DNA of 20,000 nt from Catajapyx aquilonaris. Taxonomy: Eukaryota. Location of the stretch: NCBI GenBank assembly GCA_000934665.2, contig KZ538459.1, positions 49,684-69,683 on the forward strand. The letters are read 5' to 3'. Below, piece by piece: positions 10,178 to 20,000 of this stretch. Positions within the stretch are counted from its first letter, which is position 1. Every line of letters starts with the position of its first letter. Under the pieces are notes generated by a model that saw only the letters and a list, made by a program, of their open reading frames with translations, did not search any database and was not told where the DNA came from. Made by a program: the position numbers and the translations under genes.

Positions 10178-10390
10178 CTCCAGGCCGCTATCCAGTCTCA
10201 TATGTTTGGCCGGCCTCTCCTCATCCTCCTCCTCATCATCGTCATCAATGCTTAAGTCCCTGGACAAGGAAGTCGACTTTTCGTTTGTTCCGTTATCCAT
10301 ACTTGCTGTCTTTTTTTCGCGCCCTGCAACTGCCTCACTCGATTCCCGACCTTCTCCCGCAGCATCAACAACTTGAGTGACAGACGCCAT
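10178..10390 (-). CDS. TAF11: TAF11 exon 1 (acidic N-terminus)
   Basis: ATG in strong context (CAAGATGG). MASVTQVV...DDDDEEEDEERPAKHMRLDSGLE, then donor GAG|GTAACA; 213 bp, in phase with exon 2. Confidence 0.82.
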
Positions 10391-11146
10391 CTTGAATCTC
10401 ACGCTTTTTCCTCAAGTCACTACGGCTATCACTGCTACAAAATATTAGCTATTAACAATAACGTATGTTCAAGCATTATCAACTGTGCATTAGTTGCTGA
10501 CTTTACAACCAGTCGTGGAAACTTCAGAATTAGGCCTACTGACTGGATATTGCGGTTAATGCCCGAGATTATGCTTCTTCTGTACATCTGAATATGTGCA
10601 ACGCCGTCAATATTAGCTATTTTAAATCACAACATTCTAGCAGTGACGCGATTTACAGCGTAGTGATATCCGCGCCATCTAGTGCCCCCAAAAATAACTA
10701 GCTGCTCAGTTTTCCCTACGGTTACTCCGATTCTCAATTTTGTAGTGATCTTATTAGTTGGTGTACCGAATTGTGTGGCTCGCAGCTTCGGCATTCGGTA
10801 TTGCTGGATCTGAGTGACGAGCCTGAAACGCCTGAAAATCGGTGTATGATCCTGGTGGGAGGTCGTCGACCGGGGTTCAATTGTTTCTGTTCTCTCCCTC
10901 CTTTCCCCCGCCCAGCCACCTCTCCTCGTCTACCTGCTGCCATCGTCAATGAAGAAATAGTGGGCCAAGATGGCGCTGACTCCCTCTGATTTCTTTCGTA
11001 CTCTCCTCTTGGATGCAGGCAGGAACCACTTGTCTGCATAACCATTTCCTCTCATTTATTCGCACTGCCGCCTCATCACCTGAGCTGCCGTTCGCCCTAC
11101 TGCCATCGCCTCGTAACTCATCACTGCCATTTACTGCAGGACAACA
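10391..11146. promoter_or_regulatory. Divergent promoter and 5' UTR region between TAF11 and trc/STK38
   Basis: 756 bp between opposite-strand ATGs, with no recognisable TE and a CpG-rich right half. CTCF-like GCGCCATCTAGTG at 10672-10684, Inr-like TCAGTT at 10706-10711, YY1/Pho-like CAAGATGGCG at 10966-10975. Confidence 0.6.
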
Positions 11147-11178
11147 ATGCAGCAGGACGTAGTGGATATGGCCAGCAG
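11147..11178 (+). CDS. trc: Probable first coding exon of the NDR kinase (MQQDVVDMAS-S)
   Basis: ACAACAATG start context and donor CAG|GTTAGT. The phase-2 end AG joins the T at 17943 to give an in-frame S-V-E-M. Inferred; no homology support for this peptide. Confidence 0.55.
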
Positions 11179-11729
11179 GTTAGTGCAGTAAGGGGCCTGC
11201 AGGTACAAGCAGAATTGTAAGCAAAGGTGACATTCTTAATTTTCGTGAACTGTGTGTGGATTTTCCATTAGAACTTGTGTGAGGTACTGACAAAGTTGTG
11301 TTCTATAGTCATAAAAATATGAGCTGAGGTGTCTCGTTGTAGTGGCAGTGGTAATGTTTTTAAAATGTACTGTAGCGTTGCTACTTAGTTTTCAGTTACT
11401 GCAGTGCCTCCAATACACAGACAGTGCTTTTGAAAACTATGGTGCTTATCTGAGTATTGGAATTCTGTAATATTCTTAGGCCAAGTTCATGCAAATAGGA
11501 TTTGTGTCAGAATAAAGGGTGTTGGTGGGTTTCTGTAAAGTCATTACCATGAATACTTGTGTGAAACGTTTGCACATAGGTGTTCCAGTCATCGAGTAAG
11601 CTCAGTATGCGGCAGTCAAAACTGACAAGAAAACATGAGATAATCTTTGTTCTCTTCAGGTTCTATTAAAATATGTACATGATTGAAATCATACATACAC
11701 ACATACATCACAATGTATTTTATTATTAC

Positions 11730-11901
11730 CCCGTGCTCAAGCCATTCGGCTCGTTTTGGGGGGAGGGGAAGGTTCCCAAGGGGGGGCATCCTCGGTTTAT
11801 AGTCACTCACGACTCTCTCAGATACACCAGACCTTTTCTCTGGCCCCGGGCAGCTAAGGGAGTGCAATACTGCCCCGGCGTGTCGGGTGAAAAGCGGAAA
11901 C
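11730..11901 (-). mobile_element. SINE family B, 5'-truncated copy
   Basis: GGTTCCCAAGGG...AGACCTTTTCTC-TGGCCCCGGGCAG..AAGGGAGTGCAATAC..GTGAAAAGCGGAAA aligns with 5380-5540. Confidence 0.8.
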
Positions 11902-12004
11902 ATCACAATGTATTTGTATAAGGGGTAATCAGCATGAAGAAGGAGATGAAATTAACCCCAATTAGGAGGTAAAACGTTACACGCATCTATAGCAATAAAA
12001 CTTG

Positions 12005-12021
12005 TGATGATGATGATGATG
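12005..12021 (+). repeat. Short (GAT)n microsatellite
   Basis: Five GAT units, directly visible. Confidence 0.7.
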
Positions 12022-13269
12022 GAAGCCGTGATGCTGTCAGTTGGAAGGTTGATTGCCACGACTACAATGTGTCTGTGTTCACCTCTTCCTAGACACCCTA
12101 GAGAGATAGATCACTCTCATGACCCATTCTTTTTGTGTTCACCCCGGCTCCCCTTGTCAGTAGAGATGCCCAATGAATTCACAGTTGAAGCCAAATGTTT
12201 TCCACTTCATCTCACATTTAGAGTAAAATTTATAAGAATATACAAAGAGAATTGATGGATATGCCTGAACAAGCATTTGTGGAACTGTACATTGGCAAAA
12301 CTTGAATAGAAAATTAAGGAACATTGGATACTGGCACAGGCAAAATGTAGACTCATAAATTTTGAAAAGTACATTGGCTACGTGACTCTACAAAGAGCTG
12401 TAACATCAACTTATTGCTAGGATGTTTGGTGTGGGGGTTGCCAGATGATTTTGGAGATAATACCAGTAATTGTGTGCCTATTGGCATGTGGCTGAGACTG
12501 CTTTAGGTCTCCAACAATGGATGCTGATGCAGGAGATGAAAGCGAAGAGGGTGATGGGAAAGAGGTGTCAGGTGAAACAAGCTGGGACAGCTTTTCATTG
12601 GGCAAACAGGAGACATCACATTAGGGGGCAGCAGGCACAGGGCTTGTGTGGCTCAGAACATGGAAACGGGACTACATGGACCCTGTTTCTGCAAACAGAA
12701 CACTCTGGCAGATCCTTCAGATTCAGACGGAAACTAGTGCTAAAACTGCCCAAGTGTAAACTGCTTATCTGCTTCCTTGATAACACCATCAATGCTGTCC
12801 ACTCCCTCCCCCCCATAGATTTAGTTTTAGAATTAACCAACTAGGGCATGGAACAAATTGACGTGTTAACTGATTATGTAATGATTTAGCAGCATGCATT
12901 TTGTAGTGGCATTACACATATGATCATGAGTATTAAGCTCTATGGTTTTATATGGAAAATGATTGTGTGTAGTCACTAGTAAATAGATTAGGTGTAGACA
13001 TGGTATTATTGTAGTGTTTAACCCTCAGAATAACAAAACTTAATGCCAGTTTGTTCAGTAATTGCAACCTAATGAGAGGTATCCTTTTCCTGTTGTTGGT
13101 TATTGGCAGGTATTTCCTACCTCAGTGGCCAGATCTCAGATGCCAGATGATACCTCTTCCATCTCTTGTATATAGCAAAGCCAAGAAAATGCAGTAATAA
13201 TACTTTTATAATTATTATGATTGATTTAATTATTCCGATGGGATTATTCTTCTTTTAATTTATTTCATA

Positions 13270-13718
13270 ATTTTCAATTTTACCTTCCATCCCTAACAAT
13301 TGAAGGGGTCAGTGCAATACTGCCCTAACCCACCAAATGACACAAATTGTGGTAAGCACACTTCCATATACTACACTCATGTATCTAATAAAATCCATTG
13401 AAATTGTGCAGTTTCTGCCATCGGTCACTGAGAAATCAAATGAAATAAGTTACATGGTATATGGCTGGCGACACGGTGGCGGAGTGGTTAGCTCCGCACC
13501 CTTCCACCTCTGAGGTCCCGAGTTTGATCCCCGGGTCGGACGGAGGATTCTTATGGGGATAGAGTTTTGATGGGTTCTCTCCGTGTTCGCGTGGGTTTTC
13601 TCGGGGTTCTCCCGTTTCCTCCCGCTATCAAAATCCATCACAGCGCAGGCAATGATTAAAGTCAGTTAAATAAAAGATGATCCCCTAAGAGGCCCAAGGA
13701 GGCCTAGCACGGAGTATC

Positions 13719-13769
<51 letters not shown>

Positions 13770-13885
13770 GTATATGGTCTCTCAAACGTTCAACTGCAGT
13801 TTTCTCAAAATCAGGTTTGGTTAGGGTTAGGGCAGCATTGCACCGACCCCTTCAATTGTGTGGGAAGGGATGTAAAATTGAAAAT
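13270..13885. mobile_element. Diverged MITE-like inverted repeat enclosing a SINE insertion
   Basis: Arms of ~68 bp: 13270-13337 (ATTTTCAATTTTAC..ACAATTGAAGGGGTCAGTGCAATACTGCCCTAACCC) and 13816-13885. Target-site duplication not clear. Confidence 0.75.
13465..13769 (+). mobile_element. Full-length tRNA-derived SINE family A with V-domain-like core and (ATT)n tail
   Basis: A box TGGCGGAGTGG and B box GAGTTTGATCC. Core GTTCTCTCCGTGTTCGCGTGGGTTTTCTCGGGGTTCTCCCGTTTCCTCCC, (ATT)~16 tail, and 8-bp TSD GTATATGG at 13457-13464 / 13770-13777. Confidence 0.92.
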
Positions 13886-14275
13886 AAAAACTGATGGGTT
13901 TATTGGTGTTGATATGTTTTTGTGGTTCTTTACCAGCCATTACGGTAATGATTAGATGTGCCAGATGAGCAATATGTATCTAGAATTTCCCTGTAAACAC
14001 TGTCAATGAAAGATTCAGTGTCACTTTTGCCATGATGGCAACAAAGCCTTTTTGGCATATAGAAGAAGCATAAATGAATCTTTAAATTATATCTCTGCCA
14101 CCACTTGATCACATGCCTAGCTCTGCATAGTTCACTGTTCCAATATCACTTGACTGAACCTTCTCCATGGCTACTTTTCAAGAAAATTTGATGCAGAAAT
14201 ATGAGCAAGTAAATTGTGACAACACCACATAAGTGTGCACTACCTTTTGTTACCCTTTACCATTAGCCTCGATAC

Positions 14276-14398
14276 CAGGGGTTGAAATATTAGGATGTAA
14301 AGGTGCCATTTGCACTCCAAAATTGTCATCTGCACTCCAAACAGAGCCTTGGAGTCCAAACTTTGCATCTGGACAAAGAATTAAAAATTCGACCCCTG
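14276..14398. mobile_element. Small hAT-like MITE
   Basis: CAGGGGTTGAA ... TTCGACCCCTG termini, flanks CGATAC / TGATAC, internal repeats of TGCACTCCAAA. Confidence 0.65.
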
Positions 14399-14501
14399 TG
14401 ATACCCTAACAAATGTGGCCAAATTTCTGCAAAGACTAATTTTTACCTTGCAATTATGATGCAAAGGAACAACATCTCATTTGTCTTCTATGTGTAATAT
14501 A

Positions 14502-14728
14502 CAGGGTGTTCCAAATTTGTGGGTCGTTTTTAGTTATCACTGATATCCCCCAAAGTAGTTATTTTTGTGTAACTTGTTGTGCCCCGATCCGGGTGCCCCA
14601 TTACTTCCAGGTGGAGCAGTTTCAATATAATAGGGCACCTGGTTAGGGGCTCAACAAGCTTCAAAAAAATAACAGCTTCGAGTGAAATTTCCTATAACTA
14701 AAAGGCCCCACAAACTTGGAACACCCTG
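14502..14728. mobile_element. Tc1/mariner-type MITE
   Basis: TA|CAGGGTGTTCCAAATTTGTGGG ... CCCACAAACTTGGAACACCCTG|TA, plus an internal inverted repeat at ~14573-14658. Confidence 0.9.
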
Positions 14729-14735
14729 TATAATA

Positions 14736-15105
14736 CAGGGTGTATACAAATTCATCTGCCAAAATGATGGGGGTGGTAGGGGATGTGTATGGAAGAAGCA
14801 ATGGATCCGAAAAGCAGACGACGATGTCTATCCTTACAAGTGTGGATACCCCTATACATGCCTGCATTGCTGGTTGCTGGGCCAGGCCAGTTTAGCAAAC
14901 AGTCTGGGAGTACGAGCCCCTGGCCCCAGCAACCAGTGCTGCAGGCATGCATGGGGGTATCGGCACTGGTAAGGATAGACATCGTTGATGTCAAAGATCA
15001 TCATCTCCAAAGCGGATCGTCGCCATCCCATGCCATGCCATGCCTCTTCCATACACACCCCCTACCACCCATAGCATATTGGCAGATGAATTCACATACT
15101 CCTGG
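14736..15105. mobile_element. Tc1/mariner-type foldback MITE, diverged
   Basis: TA|CAGGGTGTATACAAATTCATCTGCCAA ... TTGGCAGATGAATTCACATACTCCTGG|TA. Long imperfect arms around a spacer at ~14890-14919. Confidence 0.88.
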
Positions 15106-15201
15106 TATATAATAATTTGGGTAGTGCAGACCTCCTGAGAGGTATTGCATAGACATTATTTTGTTTACAGTTAATACATCTGTCAATACATTTGTCAAAG
15201 T

Positions 15202-15446
15202 GCCATGGTCCACTGGCATGGGGGGAGGTGGGGGGGGGGAGTTCCCAAGGGAGTGTGCTGTAGTTTCAATTCATTTCAGGGCATCCTTAGAACCAGTCCT
15301 TTTCTCCTGGCCCTGGGCAGAGAAAAGGTGCAAATCTGCCCAATCAGATTAGGTGAAAATCTGTAAAAGACCCGATCAATTGAGAGTAATGGGTGATGGA
15401 ATTTGATACCTGGATCTCATGCTTGGCTGGCCTACCAGGCACCCCC
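15202..15446 (-). mobile_element. SINE family B, diverged copy
   Basis: GTTCCCAAGGGAG...CCTTTTCTCCTGGCCCTGGGCAGAGAA...AAAAGACCC...TGCTTGGCTGG is collinear with 5375-5634. Confidence 0.8.
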
Positions 15447-17499
15447 AAATATTTCTTGTATATGTACACTATGCCCTGGAATAATTTTGATACAACTATG
15501 TAACACTGCAGATTGATTCACCTGCAAGTCTGTTAGATCAAGGACACAGTATCAGTACCATCTGCAATAGAAAAACATTGGGAAATGCTGTAAGGGTACT
15601 TGACATTATCCTGTCCTGTGCATATACAGTATCTTTGAGCGGAAGCTCAGTCCTAGATTAATGGTTGTCATTCCCCCCCCCCCCCNCCTCCCCCTCCTCC
15701 TCTTCACCCAGGAGTTGATCAGCCCCACATAGAGCAGGAAAGTCAGGCAGGTTAGCCGATAAGATAAGGTGGTTGGATAGAGGGGAAGTGGTGTGGGGGC
15801 AAAACTCCCTCGCTACCCCCACCACTACCCCCTTTCAATTATGTGATATGTACAGGTCTCCCTATCTAATCCCAGGCAGTGTGTATCTAACTACACAGAC
15901 TTGCAACAGTCTGTACATATACAGTCTCTTTTGGTGTGAGTCTGTCTGCCATTGGGTGTTGTGGGAATTTGATTCGCAATGGTGTTTGCCTGGAGGAAAA
16001 GCGTGAATCCATCAGCTGCTGAAGGTGGAGGCACAGGGATTGAAAAATCCTCCAAGAAAGTGAGGGTGGGGGAAAGGAAGGGCGAGAGGTTGGGAAGAGG
16101 TGTGCAAGCACTCTTCAGGTACTGCGTACATATGGGGTGAGTCTCTCTAATCAGTCACTTACTGAAGGTCATGTTTTGCACAAGTGAACTTTCATTATTC
16201 TTTGTTGAAGCCTTACTGCCTTGTGCAGGAGAGGGCATATGGACTTTAAAATTAAGCCCCATGAATTTGAATTGATTTACATTTTAAGCTATGAGATCTC
16301 CCATGCGTACAGTTTTACTTCAGAAGTGAGGGAGTGGAAGTGAGCCCCTCCCCTGCCACTCAGGTGGATGAAATGCAGGGAAGGGAGCCAAATAATACTT
16401 CCCACATGCATTCCTGGTTTAGGCGTGAAATCCTAGCTAGGTGAGCGACATAGAGTAGTTAGTCGCTAATCTTGTGATCATACAGACACACTCATATGCT
16501 CATCTGTTCATCACTGCCCATCTGTAGCAGCAGTGTACTATACATGTACAATATGAGAGATTTGCATAATTTGTTAGGAACTGCTACAGTAACTTGGTTT
16601 TTTTTCCAGCCATTGTTTCTTTGCTTCATTCTGAACAATCAGATGACTTAGCTCTGTGTGAAGATGTCTGTGTTGAATACATTGTGATTGCATACTTTAC
16701 CTTGCACAGTAATTATTATCTTGTCACATCTCATTCAAAACCTGGCCATCAGACAGAAACACTGGCAGCTGGGTAGGAAATGCCACATGTGTTCACATGA
16801 CAAATAAGTAGCTAACAATGAACAGATCCCATTATTCAGTGGTATGAAAGGTTAATTGCATTTCACATCTGCATCTTTTCCAGTCAGTTTTAGGCTGAAT
16901 TTCATGCCTAATGGCATTAGCATACTTAATGTAGGGTGAATTTTTTGGAAAATAGTGAATAGTAAGAGAAATAGTAAGAATCTATTTGCCTACCTGAAGC
17001 CAGGCAGCAGGAAATGGAACGTAGTCAATAATGAGTTGTAAGAGACATTGTGTGCACAGGGTTGTAATGCATAGATGTGTAAATATTTGGAAGAGAATTC
17101 TCACGAATATGATGGGCCAATAAAAGCATGCAACATCGCAGCTGCATCTGATGTTTTGCAGCGTTAGGCACTACTTACAAGAGTGTACACTGGTGCACTT
17201 ATCAAACACACATGGTGTGCATTGTTGTATTTACTACAAAAACCTGTTCTTGAAGTCAGTATTTTGATGTAATTTTGATGCATATGGCCAATGCAGGATT
17301 GACAAATAGCCATCAATCATTGCTTTTTCAGCCCCACTTGAGCAAGGGTAAGCAGGTACTTTCAACTGCAACAAGTAATTAATATTTTCTGCTTATTGCA
17401 AATCAGCTAAATAAACAGCATGTTTGTAATCAGTGTTCCTTTCTAGTTGGACTACCCTGTATATGCAAGAGCCATTGTCTGAATCATTGAATAATAATA

Positions 17500-17794
17500 C
17501 AGTAGAACCCCGATTATTATCCGTCACCCACTGGACCGGGGCATGGTCGGAACACAAAAAAAAGGTCGGATAATCCGAGGAGTAATGAAAACTCGAATTA
17601 AACACAAAAAACATAAAAACCTGAAGTAACGTACAACATTATGATTTTCTAAAAAATTGTGAAGTAGGCTTATTTATCGTTTACATAAACACGCCACTGT
17701 TCTGTGCATACCATATTTCGTGAGAAAACATAGATTTCTTGCCGGATCGGGACTGTCGGATAAACCAAGGAGTCAGATAATCGGGGTTATACTG
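17500..17794. mobile_element. pogo/Tigger-type MITE
   Basis: TA|CAGTAGAACCCCGATTAT ... ATAATCGGGGTTATACTG|TA, with internal GTCGGATAA repeats. Confidence 0.88.
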
Positions 17795-17922
17795 TACTTT
17801 GTCCTAATGTGAAGATAATGATGGTTCTTCTATCCTGAGCTTTCCCATCACTGTGTCTGAATGCACTTCTGTTGTATACTGTATATATATCACATATCAC
17901 ATGATCTAGAGTGGTTCATTAA

Positions 17923-18504
<582 letters not shown>

Positions 18505-18687
18505 TAGTTATATTGGGGTAATTTCTGCATTATTTAATAAGGTGAAACCTTTGTATAGTGGAGTCACTCCTTTATAAAATCCATGTTTAATTAATTTCTG
18601 TTACGTGACACAGAATTGTGTTCTGATTGCATTGTCCGTAATGGCTAGTAATATTTTGGCACTAAGCTGTTTATTATTAAGTTGTTA

Positions 18688-18852
18688 GGGCACTATGGTG
18701 GTATAGTGGTTTTCACCTCAGCCTTCCACGTCTGAGGTCCCAAGTTTTTTCATGTGGAAAGAGTTTTGAGTGGATTTTCTCAGGGTTCTCTCATTTCTTT
18801 CCCCACAAAAAAATCAACTGTCATAAATGAATCAAGTCATGAAAAGAAGTCT
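18688..18852 (+). mobile_element. Diverged, internally deleted copy of SINE family A
   Basis: GGTGGTATAGTGGTT..CCTTCCACGTCTGAGGTCCCAAGTTT..AGAGTTTTGA..GGATTTTCTCAGGGTTCTC matches the head and core of the 13465 copy. Confidence 0.8.
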
Positions 18853-19324
18853 ATCATGGGGTAACCTTTATATTACAGTCTTACGCAGGTGCTTCTGAAC
18901 AGTTGCTATTAGGGGCTATGAAAAATATTGGCTGACAATAGATTGAAGGAACTGTCAGTAAATCTGGCAGGAGTATGTAGCAAGAGACCTGCAAGTTGGG
19001 TACTAAGTTAGATCGAAGGTGGACAGTGTAAGAAGCAGATGTCACAAGGCACCAATTCATGGGAGAGGGATTATATAAGTTGTATTTTCAACTGCAGTGC
19101 ACTAGTAGCTCTCATGCATTTGCATTTAAACAATCACCACAGGAATGCTTGTTGCACATATCAGCAAATAAGGCCTAAATACTTGTTTCAAGCACACTTT
19201 TAGAGTGTTTGTGAGCCACCTGGTCTGAAAACAGGAAAGAATATATGGATCCTGCATGCTGAAATTTTGGGAGTTAGTGGCTGCCATTGTATTTTAGGTG
19301 TCTAATGCCATGTATTAGTCTGTG

Positions 19325-19514
19325 CCACCCACTCTGGACAATACAGTGGGATAACTGATGGCAGTAAGGAGCCCTACAAGACAAGGAGTTGTGATGCCAT
19401 GCTCATGATAATATTAACGAATTACCTTGTGTAAAATGCATGACATATGACAACTCGATGTTTTTCAAAGCATATCACCCACAGTTATCACTTTGAATAG
19501 GCCAGAGTGGGTGG
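19325..19514. repeat. Diverged inverted repeat, probable old MITE
   Basis: CCACCCACTCTGG...GATAACTG versus CAGTTATC...CCAGAGTGGGTGG. No clear TSD. Confidence 0.55.
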
Positions 19515-19860
19515 AATTAAGAAAAAGCAGAGGGTGGGATATGCTTTTTAACAGAAGACTATGTACACTATATACCTGGTTCTAGTATGCTTTCTGAGGG
19601 GAACCTCATTTCGCGATCACAGATACTGAAACCAAAAATTAATGGAAATCACATCTTGGGGGTAATTTTCTCCCTTTCTGGGCCAGAAGATATTTCCTGA
19701 AGCCATGAAAGCTGTCTTCAGTTATACTTTCCAGAGAACCCAACATTTGCTGGTTATATTTGTAACAGCTACCAAATATCAAAATCACTACTTAATAATG
19801 AGCCGTTTAGTGCCAAAAAATCATCAGCTACCATAGAGATTTCCACTGGAACACACTGTA

Positions 19861-19940
19861 CAGTTGCGAGCATAAAGATGTGAACTGTAGACCAGGGGAA
19901 GAGCTCTGGTCTGCCGTCCATGTCTTAATGCTCGTGACTG
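19861..19940. mobile_element. 80-bp hairpin mini-MITE related to the 5706-5916 element
   Basis: TA|CAGTTGCGAGCATAAAGATG ... TCTTAATGCTCGTGACTG|TA. Shares GCGAGCATAAAGATG with the 5706 element. Confidence 0.75.
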
Positions 19941-19978
19941 TACATTGAAAATTCTATGAAACAAAGTGACATTATGGG

Positions 19979-20000
19979 CAGGCGCGGATCCAGGGGGGGG
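19979..20000 (+). mobile_element. Possible left terminus of a DNA transposon, cut by the window edge
   Basis: CAGGCGCGGATCCAGGGGGGG resembles common CAGGGGCGGATCCAG-type termini; the partner end is not visible. Confidence 0.35.

Noticed and set aside
9335..10380. Plus-strand ORFs antisense to TAF11 exons (and minus-strand ORFs over ILK and trc exons)
   Set aside because: Shadow ORFs of real exons with no recognisable protein features.
13465..13540. tRNA-like sequences here and at 5563-5634
   Set aside because: They are SINE heads, followed by repeat bodies with multiple diverged copies; not tRNA genes.
14661..15352. Cluster of overlapping short ORFs on both strands
   Set aside because: They fall within foldback MITEs and a SINE; mirrored peptides result from the inverted repeats.
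15672..15705. Poly-C tract containing an N, possible G-quadruplex
   Set aside because: Low-complexity run with an ambiguous base and no supporting context.
17440..17462. Lone CAGGGT-type terminus (GGACTACCCTGTA)
   Set aside because: No partner TIR located.

Overview
Eukaryotic genomic DNA, most likely from an arthropod judging by protein similarity and TE types. It holds three spliced protein-coding genes. (1) The last three coding exons of integrin-linked kinase (ILK, +, 3901-7734). (2) A complete four-exon TAF11 gene (-, 10390-7817, 335 aa) whose stop codon is only 82 bp from the ILK stop. (3) The 5' part of an NDR-family kinase (tricornered/STK38, +), divergent from TAF11, with a probable short first coding exon (11147-11178) and a large exon (17943-18490). 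The introns are dense in non-autonomous elements: Tc1/mariner-, pogo/Tigger-, piggyBac- and hAT-like MITEs (several nested), an internally deleted mariner, a decayed Tigger transposase and two tRNA-derived SINE families. I found no convincing wholly new biological system. The most interesting observations are the tight ILK/TAF11 tail-to-tail arrangement, the expanded TAF11 N-terminus, the TAF11/trc divergent promoter and the nested TEs. All alignments were done by eye and family matches are from memory, not database searches.
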